A stretch of DNA of 64,000 nucleotides, from NCBI GenBank assembly GCA_937924445.1, contig CALDSX010000010.1, forward strand, positions 11,880-75,879. The letters are read 5' to 3'. The stretch comes from an uncultured Chthoniobacterales bacterium (GTDB taxonomy: Bacteria > Verrucomicrobiota > Verrucomicrobiia > Chthoniobacterales > CALDSX01). The notes below the pieces were generated by a model that was not told the origin of the DNA, ran no database searches, and saw only the letters and a program-made list of their open reading frames with translations. Below are positions 47,821 through 58,267 of this stretch, piece after piece; the stretch's first letter is position 1, and each line of letters starts with the position of its first letter. Position numbers and translations under genes: made by a program.

Positions 47821-49197
47821 GTGCTGAATTTTATTTGGCTTGGAATGATTTTAACTGCCGTTCTCGTAGCTGGTTGGCAGGGGCGTTTTGAAGAGATTAC
47901 AAAGCTAGCTCTCGATGCGGCCGAGGGGGCAGTTATGAAATTGGCACTCCCGTTGTCCGGTGCAATGTCCATTTGGCTGGGGATGATGCGACTGGCAGAA
48001 AAAGGCGGCTTCGTGCAGGCGGTGGCAAAGCTCTTGCGCCCAGCATTGGCACGACTTTTTCCGGATGTACCACCCAACCACCCTGCGATGGGAGCAATGG
48101 TGATGAATATGGCGGCCAATTTCCTCGGTTTAGGAAATGCCGCAACACCCTTGGGGCTACGGGCGATGCGAGATTTAGAAAGGTTAAATCCGCATCCCGG
48201 AACGGCAACTAACGCGATGTGCACTTTTTTGGCAGTGAACACCAGCTCCATCCAGCTGGTGCCTTTCACCGCAATATCGGTGCTGGCCGTAAATGGCTCA
48301 ATCGCGCCCACCGCAATTGTCGGCTCTTCGATTCTAGCGACTACTTGTTCTACCATTGCGGGCATTGTTGCCGTAAAGTTGCTTGAGCGCATGCCAATCT
48401 TCCGCCTTTGCTCGAGAGCCGAATCAAAAAAATCTGTCGTGGTGGCGGAAAGCATGAACACAGATCCCGATATTGCCCCTCGAGAGGCGCAGGAGGGGCC
48501 GCTCCAAGAGAGAACCCATTCTCAAGGTCTGCCCGAATGGATTTGGAAAGCAACCGCTGTTGCGCTGGCAATCGCAGCATTGATATTGATCTGTCGAACA
48601 GCCGAACCGGCCTGGTTCGGCTTCTCCTCGGCGACGGAGGGGGTGGCGGCTGAAAAAGGCCCATTTGTCAGGTGGATCGGTGCTTTGTCACTCACCACAG
48701 TTCCTATTATTTTGGCAGCGATACCCTTGCTTGCTGCAGCGCGTGGCGTTCCGGTTTATGAGGAATTTGTGGAAGGGGCCAAGGAGGGGATCCAAGTCGC
48801 TCTGCGTATTATCCCTTATTTGGTCGCAATGTTGGTAGCCATTGCTATGTTTCGCGGTGCGGGTTGTATTGACTGGCTGACGGGGACATTAACCGGTCCC
48901 TTGACCGTCATCGGCTTTCCACCCGAACTACTGCCGATGGCACTCATGCGACCTTTGAGCGGGAGCGGAACAATGAGCATTTTTCAAGATTTGGTTAAGG
49001 TGTATGGGGCGGATTCGCTCATTGTCCGAACCGCAGGCACTGTCTTCGGAAGTACCGAAACGACTTTTTATGTGGTTGCACTTTATTTCGGCTCGGTAGG
49101 CATTCGGCGGACGCGCCATGCCATTCCGGCTGGGCTAATTGCGGATGCGACCGGCGTGGTCGCCTCGATTGCGATCTGCAGGATGTTGTTTCCTTAA
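47821..49197 (+). CDS. Fused SpmA/SpmB-like nucleoside-recognition (Gate) domain membrane protein
   Basis: 458 aa. N-terminal half is LNFIWLGMIL...MNMAANFLGLGNAATPLGLRAM. The second Gate-like half has RPLSGSGTMSIF. GTG start. Confidence 0.75.
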   Translation: MLNFIWLGMILTAVLVAGWQGRFEEITKLALDAAEGAVMKLALPLSGAMSIWLGMMRLAEKGGFVQAVAKLLRPALARLFPDVPPNHPAMGAMVMNMAANFLGLGNAATPLGLRAMRDLERLNPHPGTATNAMCTFLAVNTSSIQLVPFTAISVLAVNGSIAPTAIVGSSILATTCSTIAGIVAVKLLERMPIFRLCSRAESKKSVVVAESMNTDPDIAPREAQEGPLQERTHSQGLPEWIWKATAVALAIAALILICRTAEPAWFGFSSATEGVAAEKGPFVRWIGALSLTTVPIILAAIPLLAAARGVPVYEEFVEGAKEGIQVALRIIPYLVAMLVAIAMFRGAGCIDWLTGTLTGPLTVIGFPPELLPMALMRPLSGSGTMSIFQDLVKVYGADSLIVRTAGTVFGSTETTFYVVALYFGSVGIRRTRHAIPAGLIADATGVVASIAICRMLFP

Positions 49198-49524
49198 GCA
49201 GGCAACTATTCAAAGCCCCAATCAGAAATGAAACAGATTCTAAAAGGTCTCACCCGATCGTCGCTACACCCATTGATTGAGGTTGGTCTGATGCTTATGC
49301 CGTTCGTCATTTGACTCTATTTGGTGGCTGCAGAGGCATTCATTTTCACAAAGTTAGCGAAAATATCTCAGAACCGTTTGTTAACAAAACAAAGCGAAGA
49401 GGTGTCGGGGTGATTTGTCAGCGGGGATAACGATCACTTGAGACGGATTCCAAAAATTCCCGTCTGCTGAGAGGTTCCCTCTCTGAGGTAGAGAAAATTA
49501 CCTAACGCGCGTGGTTTTCAGCGG

Positions 49525-51360
49525 TTATGGTGGCGGATCAGCTTTGAGGTCGGACTGATAAGCGGCCGCACCAAGCTCTGCAAGATCAAGGCCGGTGATT
49601 TCGTTCCGGACATCTGTTCGAAGACGGTTGAGCGCTGACATCACGCTGTAGATGACAAACGCCATCGCTCCGACGCCAACGACACACACACCGACGCCGA
49701 CAATCTGCGCTATGATTTGCGTCGAGCCTCCGTAAAACAGACCAGTTACGCAGCCTTGCACGCTGTTCCATCCTGAGCCGTATCTGCCGTTGGCGAAGAG
49801 TCCGAGAGCCAAACACCCCCAGACACCGCAAACGCCGTGCACTGAGATTGCTGCGACCGGATCGTCAATCTTTAGGGAGCGTTCAATGAATAAAGCAGCG
49901 GGCACCACAATCAGACCTCCGATCGACCCAATAAGCACTGCTGCCCAGACGTCAATAAATGCGCACCCAGCGCTCACCGACACAAGACCCGCCAGCAGCC
50001 CATTACACATAAAAAAGGGATTCGGTTTATTAAACGCTTTCCATCCAAAAACCATGGCTGCCACAGCACCCGACACGCCAGCCAGCATTGTGTTTACGGC
50101 AACCATCGCAATCTGAAGCCCACTCTCTAAAGCCGCTGCTCCCGCATTGAATCCAAACCAACTGAAAGCCAAAATGGACGTCCCGATGAAACCCATCGGC
50201 AAGTTATGCCCGGGAATGGAATTGATCGCACCGTCTTTGTTGTATTTTCCGCGCCGAGGTCCGATCAGAGAGGCACCAACAAGCGCAACCATTCCACCGG
50301 TGAGATGCACCACACTGGAGCCGGCAAAATCTACGTGCCCATGCCCCAATCCGAAGTTTTTGCCTAGATCAGCCAGCCAGCCACCACCCCACACCCAGCA
50401 GGCAAAGGCAGGATAAATAACCGCGCCGATAAGGAAAGAAGAGATCAGCGAGCCAACAAAATTAAACCGTTCGGCCATCGCGCCGATCGGAAGAGCGGCT
50501 GCTGTGGCGGCAAGCAGTGCATGGAAGAGGAATAACGCGAAAATGCAGTCATCGAAAGGAGCCATGGCAAGCATGTAGCCTGAATGGCCGATTAACCCAA
50601 TGAATTTCTCGCCGAGTTCAAACCCAAACATGACGTTCAAATGCTCAGAACCATGAACCTCAAGTAGGGGGATTGCCCTTGAGGAATGCGTCGAGCTGAC
50701 GCCGCCAAATTGGAAAGCAAATCCACATAGCCAGTAGCCGAGCATTCCTACGGCATAGCTCATAAAGTTCATGGCCATCGTCTGCCCAGTATTTTTTGCA
50801 CGGATGAATCCCGCTCTAACCATAGCAAAACCGGCTTGCGTCAACATCACCATAAACCCACAAGTAAGAACCCAAAGGAGGTTGGTCGACGTTGCAAACT
50901 TCGCTGAGGGGCGTGAAGTAAGCGAATCGGCCCGCTTGTCTTCCGCCGCTGAAACGCTCGGCACCCCGAAAGGGGTCTCCTCTGGAGGCACCGAAAAAAC
51001 AATCGGCGCAGACTTTGAATTCTGCCGAAGTGGCGCGGTTCGGTCTTTTGTTGAGTTAGGGGTGGACTGCCGATCGCCTAAGCTCGGTGTTGCCTTCGGA
51101 ACGGCATCTAGCGCTGAACTCTCGATTGGCTGGCTCTTCGCCCTCCCGCTTGGCGGGTCAAGGGACGTAAGCTCTGTCAGAGAAGGTAACGAAGTCAAGT
51201 TACCCAAGCCTGTCGGGGCCGACTCGCGCTTTTCGTATAAGCTATCGCTCAAAATTGCGTCGGCATCTGGTGGCAAAAGATCCTGGGCATGAAGAATGGC
51301 CGAAATGCTTAGAACAACAAAAGTGGACAGAATTTTAGTCCGGTTTCGATAGTGGCACAT
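49525..51360 (-). CDS. amt: Ammonium transporter (Amt family) with a long Ser/Pro-rich N-terminal extension
   Basis: Amt core is LTQAGFAMVRAGFIRAKNT...DFAGSSVVHLTGG...ISVHGVCGVWG. Signal peptide starts at ATG 51360 (MCHYRNRTKILSTFVVLSISAILHA). The track ORF extends to 51438. Confidence 0.9.
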   Translation of the reverse strand: MCHYRNRTKILSTFVVLSISAILHAQDLLPPDADAILSDSLYEKRESAPTGLGNLTSLPSLTELTSLDPPSGRAKSQPIESSALDAVPKATPSLGDRQSTPNSTKDRTAPLRQNSKSAPIVFSVPPEETPFGVPSVSAAEDKRADSLTSRPSAKFATSTNLLWVLTCGFMVMLTQAGFAMVRAGFIRAKNTGQTMAMNFMSYAVGMLGYWLCGFAFQFGGVSSTHSSRAIPLLEVHGSEHLNVMFGFELGEKFIGLIGHSGYMLAMAPFDDCIFALFLFHALLAATAAALPIGAMAERFNFVGSLISSFLIGAVIYPAFACWVWGGGWLADLGKNFGLGHGHVDFAGSSVVHLTGGMVALVGASLIGPRRGKYNKDGAINSIPGHNLPMGFIGTSILAFSWFGFNAGAAALESGLQIAMVAVNTMLAGVSGAVAAMVFGWKAFNKPNPFFMCNGLLAGLVSVSAGCAFIDVWAAVLIGSIGGLIVVPAALFIERSLKIDDPVAAISVHGVCGVWGCLALGLFANGRYGSGWNSVQGCVTGLFYGGSTQIIAQIVGVGVCVVGVGAMAFVIYSVMSALNRLRTDVRNEITGLDLAELGAAAYQSDLKADPPP

Positions 51361-51677
51361 TTTTAGAATAAATTCTTCTGACAACGCAGGCAGCATTCTC
51401 TGTGCTGATTCTAAGATTCCATCATGAACCGCATGCATCTTGTCAGATGGAGTTCAAGGAAATAGCCCAACTAAAGTTTGGATGGTTAGAACTTTTGTCA
51501 GACTTCATGAAGACTTGTTCTCAATTTATGAGCTTATTAAAGCTGGTTTTTTCGAGCATTCCTCTTTAATTTTTAGAACTTTTTTCATCGCTCAACCTCA
51601 CCGCGGGGGCCCTTTAACCTCCAATTGCCACAATTAAGAAATCCCGAGGCTTGAACTGATTTACGCGGTGTGACGCT

Positions 51678-52766
51678 CTAAATGCGTCGCCAATCTGCGC
51701 CGCCTGTCAGATCGAGTAGAAGCTCCTCATGTGCCTGGCCTACTTTGTTGGGGGAGGCAAATCTTAGAGCGTCCCGGATAGCGCGACGGGCAATGCGCTT
51801 TCTGAGACTTTCATCTTGGCAAAGTGTGAGGATTGAATGGTGCCACTCCTCTTCGGAATGGGCGATCAAAGCGTTTTCGCCGTGACGCACGACAAGCAGG
51901 TCGGCTTCGCTGGGTGTGCAGACGGTCGGGACCCCGGCGGCCATGTACGTCAGCACTTTGGTGGGAGGTTTGCGAGCTTGGTACCAATTGTCCGGCGGTT
52001 TGACAGCGATGGCAATGTCGCTTGAAATCAACACCTGTTCCCAGGTGTCAGGTTGCCATTGCTGAAAGCGGACAATCCCGTCGAGAGGAACGGGTCTGTT
52101 GGCGTGGTAGATCAGTTCAAGGGAGCCCGGCACCTCTTTTGAGAGCCGCTCAAACAAGGGGTGAAGCCAGCGCGTTAGCGACGCGTTTTCGATGTATCCC
52201 TGCCAGATAATTTTTACAGGGTGTGAGAGGCTGTAATTTCGTTTAAATGTTGTGTTTCGCAGCGGAGCGGGAATCAGACGGGCTTTGGAGCTGTGCTCAC
52301 CGAGATCTTGGACTTGCAGAGGGTTGGCTGCGATAACTGCGTCCATAAGATCGAGAAACTCGGGCTCATCGTAATATGATCGCGATCCAGATGATGGATT
52401 ATCAGCAATAGAATAAATTAACTGTGTTCCCCGCGTGCGCAACGTTCGCAGTTGGGCGTAACTAAAGTCATCGAAGTTTTTGACAATAATGACCGCATCA
52501 TAGTGACGTTTCATCACATCACGCGAGTGGAAAAAGAGATCGGCCTGAAAATGGGCAGATCTGGAGTTGAGCCAGTCGGCAACCATAAGGACGCGCGGCC
52601 CGATGACTGCATCTTGTGGTAGGTTACGGACCGGCCCTATACCGACCCGCTGCCGTTGGGTAAAATGCCGACGGGTTCGTGAAAATAAAGACCGCCACAA
52701 CACACGGTAACGGATGGCCGAGAGTGTTCTCGACGATATCATGGCCTTCTCTATAAGCCTTTTCAT
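51678..52766 (-). CDS. Putative GT-B glycosyltransferase
   Basis: 362 aa. The C-terminal half KVLTYMAAGVPTVCTPSEADLLVVRHGENALIA..EEEW resembles the GT1/GT4 nucleotide-sugar-binding region. The assignment is weak. Confidence 0.45.
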   Translation of the reverse strand: MKRLIEKAMISSRTLSAIRYRVLWRSLFSRTRRHFTQRQRVGIGPVRNLPQDAVIGPRVLMVADWLNSRSAHFQADLFFHSRDVMKRHYDAVIIVKNFDDFSYAQLRTLRTRGTQLIYSIADNPSSGSRSYYDEPEFLDLMDAVIAANPLQVQDLGEHSSKARLIPAPLRNTTFKRNYSLSHPVKIIWQGYIENASLTRWLHPLFERLSKEVPGSLELIYHANRPVPLDGIVRFQQWQPDTWEQVLISSDIAIAVKPPDNWYQARKPPTKVLTYMAAGVPTVCTPSEADLLVVRHGENALIAHSEEEWHHSILTLCQDESLRKRIARRAIRDALRFASPNKVGQAHEELLLDLTGGADWRRI

Positions 52767-52787
52767 TCAGCAGACGCAATCGTCGGA

Positions 52788-54064
52788 TTAGTCCATAACG
52801 AGAAGGCTCAGCCCCACAATTCCGGCTGCCAGTGTGCCCCCCATAAAAAGCGAGACCGGTAGGCGCAAGTGGCGCGAGCCGATGCAAAGAGCAAAAAGCC
52901 ATTTAAGTCCGGTATTTGCGCAGGCAGCTATGCAAATAGAGTGCGCCGCTGTGGCGTCGTCAAGCCCACCGTCGGAGACCAACTGAGAAAGTGAAATCGC
53001 AATCGCATCCATATCTGTGAGTCCGGAAAACAGTGCCACCCACGCTATCCCAGCCGTGCCGTAGTAATGAACAGCGGCGCGAGAAGCGAGCACGATAAGC
53101 GCAAACAAAGCTGCAAATTTGATGGCAAGATTTAGCCCGAGCGGATTGGATGGATGGTGATGACCAGCGGTCGCTCCGGGAGCAGTCTGCTTACGCAGAG
53201 CCCAGCAAAGTGCCACAAGGCCGGGCAACGCCATGGCCGCAAGACCTTTCCAGGCCAGTAAAAGCATTGGTGGATGAATCGCTCCAATCAATACCGCTGT
53301 TCTTCCTAGCATCACGGTGGAGGCGAGAGTAATTCCAATCGAACACTCCCGCTCGCTGCCTGGTTCTGATTTGCTTCTCCTTGAGAAGGCGATGGTTGTG
53401 GCAGTGCTCGAGACAGCCCGCCGATTAGTCCGGTCATAATGAGACCAGCCCGTTTGCCAGCAATCCGCGAGGCGAGGTATCCCACGAAACCAATACCCGA
53501 TACAAGGATCACCATCAACCATACTGAACGTGGATTGAACGCCTGAAACGGACCATAACCTTCGTCGGGCAACAACGGCAGCACAAGCGCGGTGAGGGCG
53601 GCAAACTTTAGTGCGGCTTTCCAGTCCTCCGCTGTTATGCGGCCCTCAAACGAATAAAGCCAAGGTTTGTTAAACAGCAGAATAGCCATTCCAACCGAAA
53701 TGGCCACAGCCACAATCCTTGGCCCCCACCATGCGAGACCTCCAACGAGAAAAAGGAGCAGGCTGGCGCTCAGTGATGTGATACCAAAAGAATGAACCTC
53801 TTCTCGTGAAACAGAGGGAAAAAACACTATGGCTGCAGTCATGGCGGCAAGAACCACGAAGGCCACCAGGAACAGACCGGGGGCGTGAGAGTCCGAGAGA
53901 TAAGCTGTCAAAACGCCCAGTAGCGACCAAAGTGTAAAGGTGCGCACCCCTGCACCCTTTCCCCCCTTATCACCGTCGGCATGCGCTTCCCATTGCCGTT
54001 CAAGGCCGATAAGAACACCGGAACTGACTGCGATTGCAAGGGCGATGAGGAGATCTTCCGGCAT
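52788..54064 (-). pseudogene. MgtC/SapB + DUF4010 membrane protein gene split by a 1-nt frameshift (or a sequencing error)
   Basis: ORF 53312-54064 (MgtC-like LIGLERQW...) and ORF 52788-53522 overlap in different frames. ...TGLIGG[L/A] at about 53417 continues as VSSTATTIAFS in the other frame. The combined length of about 425 aa fits the family. Confidence 0.65.
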
Positions 54065-54078
54065 TGATTATTTACGAA

Positions 54079-54936
54079 CTAGCCACCCTCGTTTTCTGGA
54101 GTGGTGGTTGAGCGCTCCTCCTTTACGCTCGGCCAAGCTTCAGGGTCTGCTACTGGCAGAGAGTCGCCATCTGCAGGTTCAACACTTGTCTTCTCATATT
54201 TCACCCGAGTGCCATCGGAGAAAATAATCGAAGAGGGGAGTTTTAGCTCGGGAACATTTTCAAAAACACACCAGCTCTCAATTCGTACTTTTGCCAGCGT
54301 GTCCGATGAATCGAGTTCAGTTTCGGCTGTTTCCAAAAGGCCGGCCTCATCCAGAGCAAGCGTTAGAGTTTCACGGGATGGCCCCCCGTTGATGAGTAAA
54401 AGCCGCTCGCTCACCAAATCTGGTTTGGTCTCCTGCATGCGAAAAGGGAGCAAGAACCAGAACGAATCCTTCTGCCATTCGGCGTCGAGATCCGCGAGTT
54501 GGTCTGTCACGTTTTCGGCCTGGTAAGCGATTTCTTGATCGAGCGATGTAATCAGGCGTGGGGAAGGTTCAAACATCCAACTCCGTCGAGAAAGCTCTTT
54601 GCTGTCTGCATCTGTCCAAACGCAGGTGAAGAATAGTTTACTGATAGACAACGGGTTGGATGTTCCATGGGCAGCGGCTGCGGTGGCGGGATCGGGAGGG
54701 GGCCTGGGTGTGGGCACAGGACACGGTGTATTTGTTGGGTCGGGTAATGGTTCTACCAATATTGGTGGGGAGACTTTTGGCACAGATTTGGCCGGTGGGT
54801 GCTTATCTCGAAACGGGATTGTGAGGACAAAAGCTATGATAACCAATCCGAGTGTAACCAAACTGATGCGCCAACGGCGCTTCTGTCCCGATGAATCGGG
54901 CAACGGAGGGAGGCGTTCTGCGGAGGGGGACTTCAT
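54079..54936 (-). CDS. Hypothetical membrane-anchored protein with Pro-rich linker
   Basis: 285 aa. One TM (ISLVTLGLVIIAFVLTI), a Pro-rich stretch, then an acidic globular region. No recognised domain. Confidence 0.45.
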   Translation of the reverse strand: MKSPSAERLPPLPDSSGQKRRWRISLVTLGLVIIAFVLTIPFRDKHPPAKSVPKVSPPILVEPLPDPTNTPCPVPTPRPPPDPATAAAAHGTSNPLSISKLFFTCVWTDADSKELSRRSWMFEPSPRLITSLDQEIAYQAENVTDQLADLDAEWQKDSFWFLLPFRMQETKPDLVSERLLLINGGPSRETLTLALDEAGLLETAETELDSSDTLAKVRIESWCVFENVPELKLPSSIIFSDGTRVKYEKTSVEPADGDSLPVADPEAWPSVKEERSTTTPENEGG

Positions 54937-54966
54937 AGGCAGGCAGGGCGAAGCGCCAAGGGCAGG

Positions 54967-55851
54967 TCAGCAGAGGGCAGGGTGTGTCTCCTCATGAGCT
55001 ACCTTTTCAAGGTAGGCTCTGTATTCGTTCCTTGGCAAACTGTTTGCGATACTGAGCAATTGCTCGCGATTGATCCAGCCGTTGGCAAAGGCGATTTCTT
55101 CAACGCAGGCGATCTTTAATCCCTGTCGACGTTCGATGGCGGAAATGTAATTGCCTGCTTCAAGCAGACTATCCGGTGTGCCTGTGTCCAGCCAGGCGAC
55201 CCCACGGCCCAGGAGACGGACTTTTAACTTGCCCCGAGAGAGATAGACGCGGTTAACATCCGTTATTTCAAGTTCACCCCGCGCCGATGGTTTGAGATTT
55301 CGGCAAATTTTGACTATTTCGTTATCGTAAACATAAAGGCCCGGAACAGCATAATTGCTTTTTGGTATTTTGGGCTTTTCTTCGATGGAGATCACCTTGC
55401 CGGAGCGGTCAAATTCCACAACACCGTAGCGCTCTGGATCGCTCACGGGATAGCCGAAGACACATGCCCCATCTTGTATTGCAAGAGCGGAGCGAAAAAA
55501 ATCGAGTTTACCATAAAAAATATTGTCCCCGAGAATCAATACAGCTCCGTCGTTCCCAAGGAACTCAGCCCCGATCAGAAAGGCCTGTGCAATACCCTCT
55601 GGCCGAGGTTGTTCCGCGTAGTCAATGCGCAAACCCAGCGAACGTCCACTTCCTAGCAATTCGCGGAAGACAGGAAGATCTTTTGGAGTCGAGATCAAAA
55701 GCACCTCACGTAGGCCGCCGAGCATAAGAGTTGAGAGGGGATAGTAGATCATCGGCTTGTCGTAAATTGGTAGCAGCTGTTTGCAGACAATTCTTGTTAG
55801 CGGATGAAGACGAGTGCCGGCACCGCCGGCGAGGATGATAGCTTTTTTCAT
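54967..55851 (-). CDS. rfbA: Glucose-1-phosphate thymidylyltransferase
   Basis: MKKAIILAGGAGTRLHPLT...KQLLPIYDKPMIYYPLSTLMLGG, and YLEKV at the C-terminus. Confidence 0.9.
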   Translation of the reverse strand: MKKAIILAGGAGTRLHPLTRIVCKQLLPIYDKPMIYYPLSTLMLGGLREVLLISTPKDLPVFRELLGSGRSLGLRIDYAEQPRPEGIAQAFLIGAEFLGNDGAVLILGDNIFYGKLDFFRSALAIQDGACVFGYPVSDPERYGVVEFDRSGKVISIEEKPKIPKSNYAVPGLYVYDNEIVKICRNLKPSARGELEITDVNRVYLSRGKLKVRLLGRGVAWLDTGTPDSLLEAGNYISAIERRQGLKIACVEEIAFANGWINREQLLSIANSLPRNEYRAYLEKVAHEETHPALC

Positions 55852-56105
55852 GAAAAAACATTTGCAACTTATAACTTATGGTTGAAGAGCCTTTAGGCCA
55901 CGGTTTAGCAATTATTCCGAAGCCTTTTCCAAGGCAATTCAACGAAGGCCGACTAAAGAAAACCTAAGCCTGATTAATCACCACGCAATCGGAATATAAC
56001 GGCCGAAAACGGGGGCTATGCCGAAATGGACGAAAAGTTGAAGAGAAGACCTTCGGTGAGTATATTTATCGCCAGTGTCACAGTGCCGTTTGTCGATTCT
56101 TTCTA

Positions 56106-57113
56106 ATGTCTTTTTTCGGTTCGCACAGCTCTAAGATAGATGGTGATGCCCCCGGGGTGATCGCACTCGGATTGCTTTTGGCTGCCGTCGTGCAAGTGCT
56201 TTTTTACAGCGCAGCCGCTGCGATCAGAATTAACCCAACGCAAGTTAGGTCCGCGACAGTAATCATCCACCCAGTGTTTGATATAAAAAAAGTGGAAATC
56301 AGCGCGGAAGATCTTGAGGAGCCGTTGGAGCCTCATAGCAAAGTCGGGATCCTTAACAAGTTGCCTGAAATTCTTTTGCCTTCCGAAAATCCCGGTGATG
56401 ATAGGCTGCCAGATGAAATTCGGGTGGCTCCTTTGCCGCCAACTTTATCCAACCCCTTCGACGAATCCCAAGTCCGTGCTCAAGAACAGGCTGATCTGGC
56501 AAAAGCTGCATCTGGGCTTGCAGACATAGCCCGGCAGAGTATTGAGCAACAACAGCGCGCTGAAATCGATCAGCTTCTCGAACAAGGCACGCGACCCGAC
56601 CAAAATTCCCGTGTTTTGCTCGATCTCTCCGACATCTCATCGCGAGAGATCAGTAACATCATTTCGACGAAGCTTTCAGGCAAGGGAAGTTTTGATGTGC
56701 CGAATGGTTACACCTCTATTGATGAGGCGTTGGCCTCAAAAGAGCATTTGCGCACCGGGGTAGCCCCGATTCTAATGCCAACAGATCTGCTTTTTGAATA
56801 CGACCAATACCGCCTTCAGCCACAGGCTGTTGAAAGTCTTACAAAGCTGGGGGATCTCATTCGCCGCAATCCTCAGGCGGCGTTTATCATCGAGGGTCAT
56901 ACCGATTCCGAGGGGCCTGCAGATTACAACCAGATGCTCAGTGAAAAACGCGCAGCGACAGTCGCCCGCTGGTTGATCGAGAACATGAAGATAGATCCTC
57001 GCCAGATCACCACCCGCGGCTATGGGAAAACAAGATTGATCGTTCCCGGCGACCGCCCCAGGGAGGAACAAGCAATCAATCGGCGCGTTGAAATCATAAT
57101 TCGGAATCGCTGA
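56106..57113 (+). CDS. OmpA/MotB-domain protein with N-terminal TM anchor
   Basis: C-terminal OmpA domain FIIEGHTDSEGPADYNQMLSEKRAATVARWL...NRRVEI. Confidence 0.75.
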   Translation: MSFFGSHSSKIDGDAPGVIALGLLLAAVVQVLFYSAAAAIRINPTQVRSATVIIHPVFDIKKVEISAEDLEEPLEPHSKVGILNKLPEILLPSENPGDDRLPDEIRVAPLPPTLSNPFDESQVRAQEQADLAKAASGLADIARQSIEQQQRAEIDQLLEQGTRPDQNSRVLLDLSDISSREISNIISTKLSGKGSFDVPNGYTSIDEALASKEHLRTGVAPILMPTDLLFEYDQYRLQPQAVESLTKLGDLIRRNPQAAFIIEGHTDSEGPADYNQMLSEKRAATVARWLIENMKIDPRQITTRGYGKTRLIVPGDRPREEQAINRRVEIIIRNR

Positions 57114-57133
57114 CGCAACCTCGTGGACTCCCT

Positions 57134-58108
57134 TCAAAGACCAAGAAGAAAGTTCATCGTCAGATCCTCCTGGCCAGGCAGCGGTTCGTGACCGAAGTCC
57201 GGGTAAATTTTCATCTCTTTCTTCGTTGTTATCTTATTAAAAACTGCGAATTGCGTACTGGGGGGACAGATGGTGTCCGCGAGACCAGTAAACATGAGTA
57301 CCTCGGCCTGGATGCGTTGGGCGTGGTGTTGAAGGTCTATGTAGCCAAGTTTGGTGAAGATTTCTCGCTCCCGTTCGTGGAGCGGGTCGAAAAGCCGAAA
57401 ATAGGTTTGCAACTCTCCGTAGGCGTTTTTCGCCAGATCCATCTCCCACACACGTTGGTAATCAGAGAGAAATGGGAAGACGGGAGCAATGCGCCGGATG
57501 CGTGGTTCCAGCGCTGCGCAAGCCAGCGTCAGCGCTCCTCCTTGAGAGGCGCCCATCGCGCCGATCCGTCCAGCGTCTACTTCGGGTAGACTCATGACGA
57601 CCCTTGCGAGTTGAGCTGTGTCGAGAAAAATTTGACGAAAAAGAAGCTTGCGCGGGTCGGGATCGCCAAGGCCGCGAATGATGTGTCCTGCGTGCGTATT
57701 GCCGCGAACGATTCCAATATCCTCCGAAAGCCCTCCTTGACCCCGACAATCCATCGCGGCGACACAAAAACCTGAGGCGGCATAGCTCACCTTGGAGGCC
57801 CAGTCACCTGCGTTACCGGAATACCCGTGGAATTGCAGCACTGCGGGAAAATGGCGGCTTTCTTTCTCGGCTCCTTTGGGTCGGAGGTATTTTGCATGGA
57901 TCCGACCACCCCCAACCCCGAAAAACCAAAGATCAAAACATTCCACCACAGGTGAGCGCAGTGTATAGGAGGGTTGTAGCTGAGGGGCTGGATCGGTCGC
58001 GTCAAGCTCCGACAATGCTGCGTTCCAGTAAGAATTAAAGTCAACCGGACACGGATTCCGTCCGGTGTAGATGCGAAGCTCTTCGAGTGGCAGATCAATG
58101 ACAGGCAT
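57134..58108 (-). CDS. Acetyl xylan esterase / cephalosporin-C deacetylase (carbohydrate esterase family 7)
   Basis: CRGQGG, nucleophile elbow GASQGGALT, and C-terminal FGHE. ATG 58108 lies inside track ORF 57134-58162. Confidence 0.8.
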   Translation of the reverse strand: MPVIDLPLEELRIYTGRNPCPVDFNSYWNAALSELDATDPAPQLQPSYTLRSPVVECFDLWFFGVGGGRIHAKYLRPKGAEKESRHFPAVLQFHGYSGNAGDWASKVSYAASGFCVAAMDCRGQGGLSEDIGIVRGNTHAGHIIRGLGDPDPRKLLFRQIFLDTAQLARVVMSLPEVDAGRIGAMGASQGGALTLACAALEPRIRRIAPVFPFLSDYQRVWEMDLAKNAYGELQTYFRLFDPLHEREREIFTKLGYIDLQHHAQRIQAEVLMFTGLADTICPPSTQFAVFNKITTKKEMKIYPDFGHEPLPGQEDLTMNFLLGL

Positions 58109-58267
58109 AAAAAGCAGGTTGGAATTCGGAAAGATAAGGCTACATTTCATATGTTGTTTCAAAAGCAGAATTTCGCACCGCCCACGAAAGACACGCCAAG
58201 AAACACTTGACCCCTTTGACGCCTCTGATAGCGTCGATCTTTTGACATTAAATACCTGGGAGGCCCT

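Noticed and set aside
47709-48461. 250-aa ORF antisense to the SpmA/SpmB-like gene
   Set aside because: The sense-strand protein has clear Gate-domain motifs and TM periodicity. The antisense product is low-complexity Ala/Ser/Arg-rich.
51361-51677. Sigma-54 (TGGCAC-N5-TTGC) promoter or NtrC sites upstream of amt
   Set aside because: The closest match (TGGCAATTGGAGGTT on the minus strand, near 51640) lacks the -12 TTGC element. There is no convincing motif.
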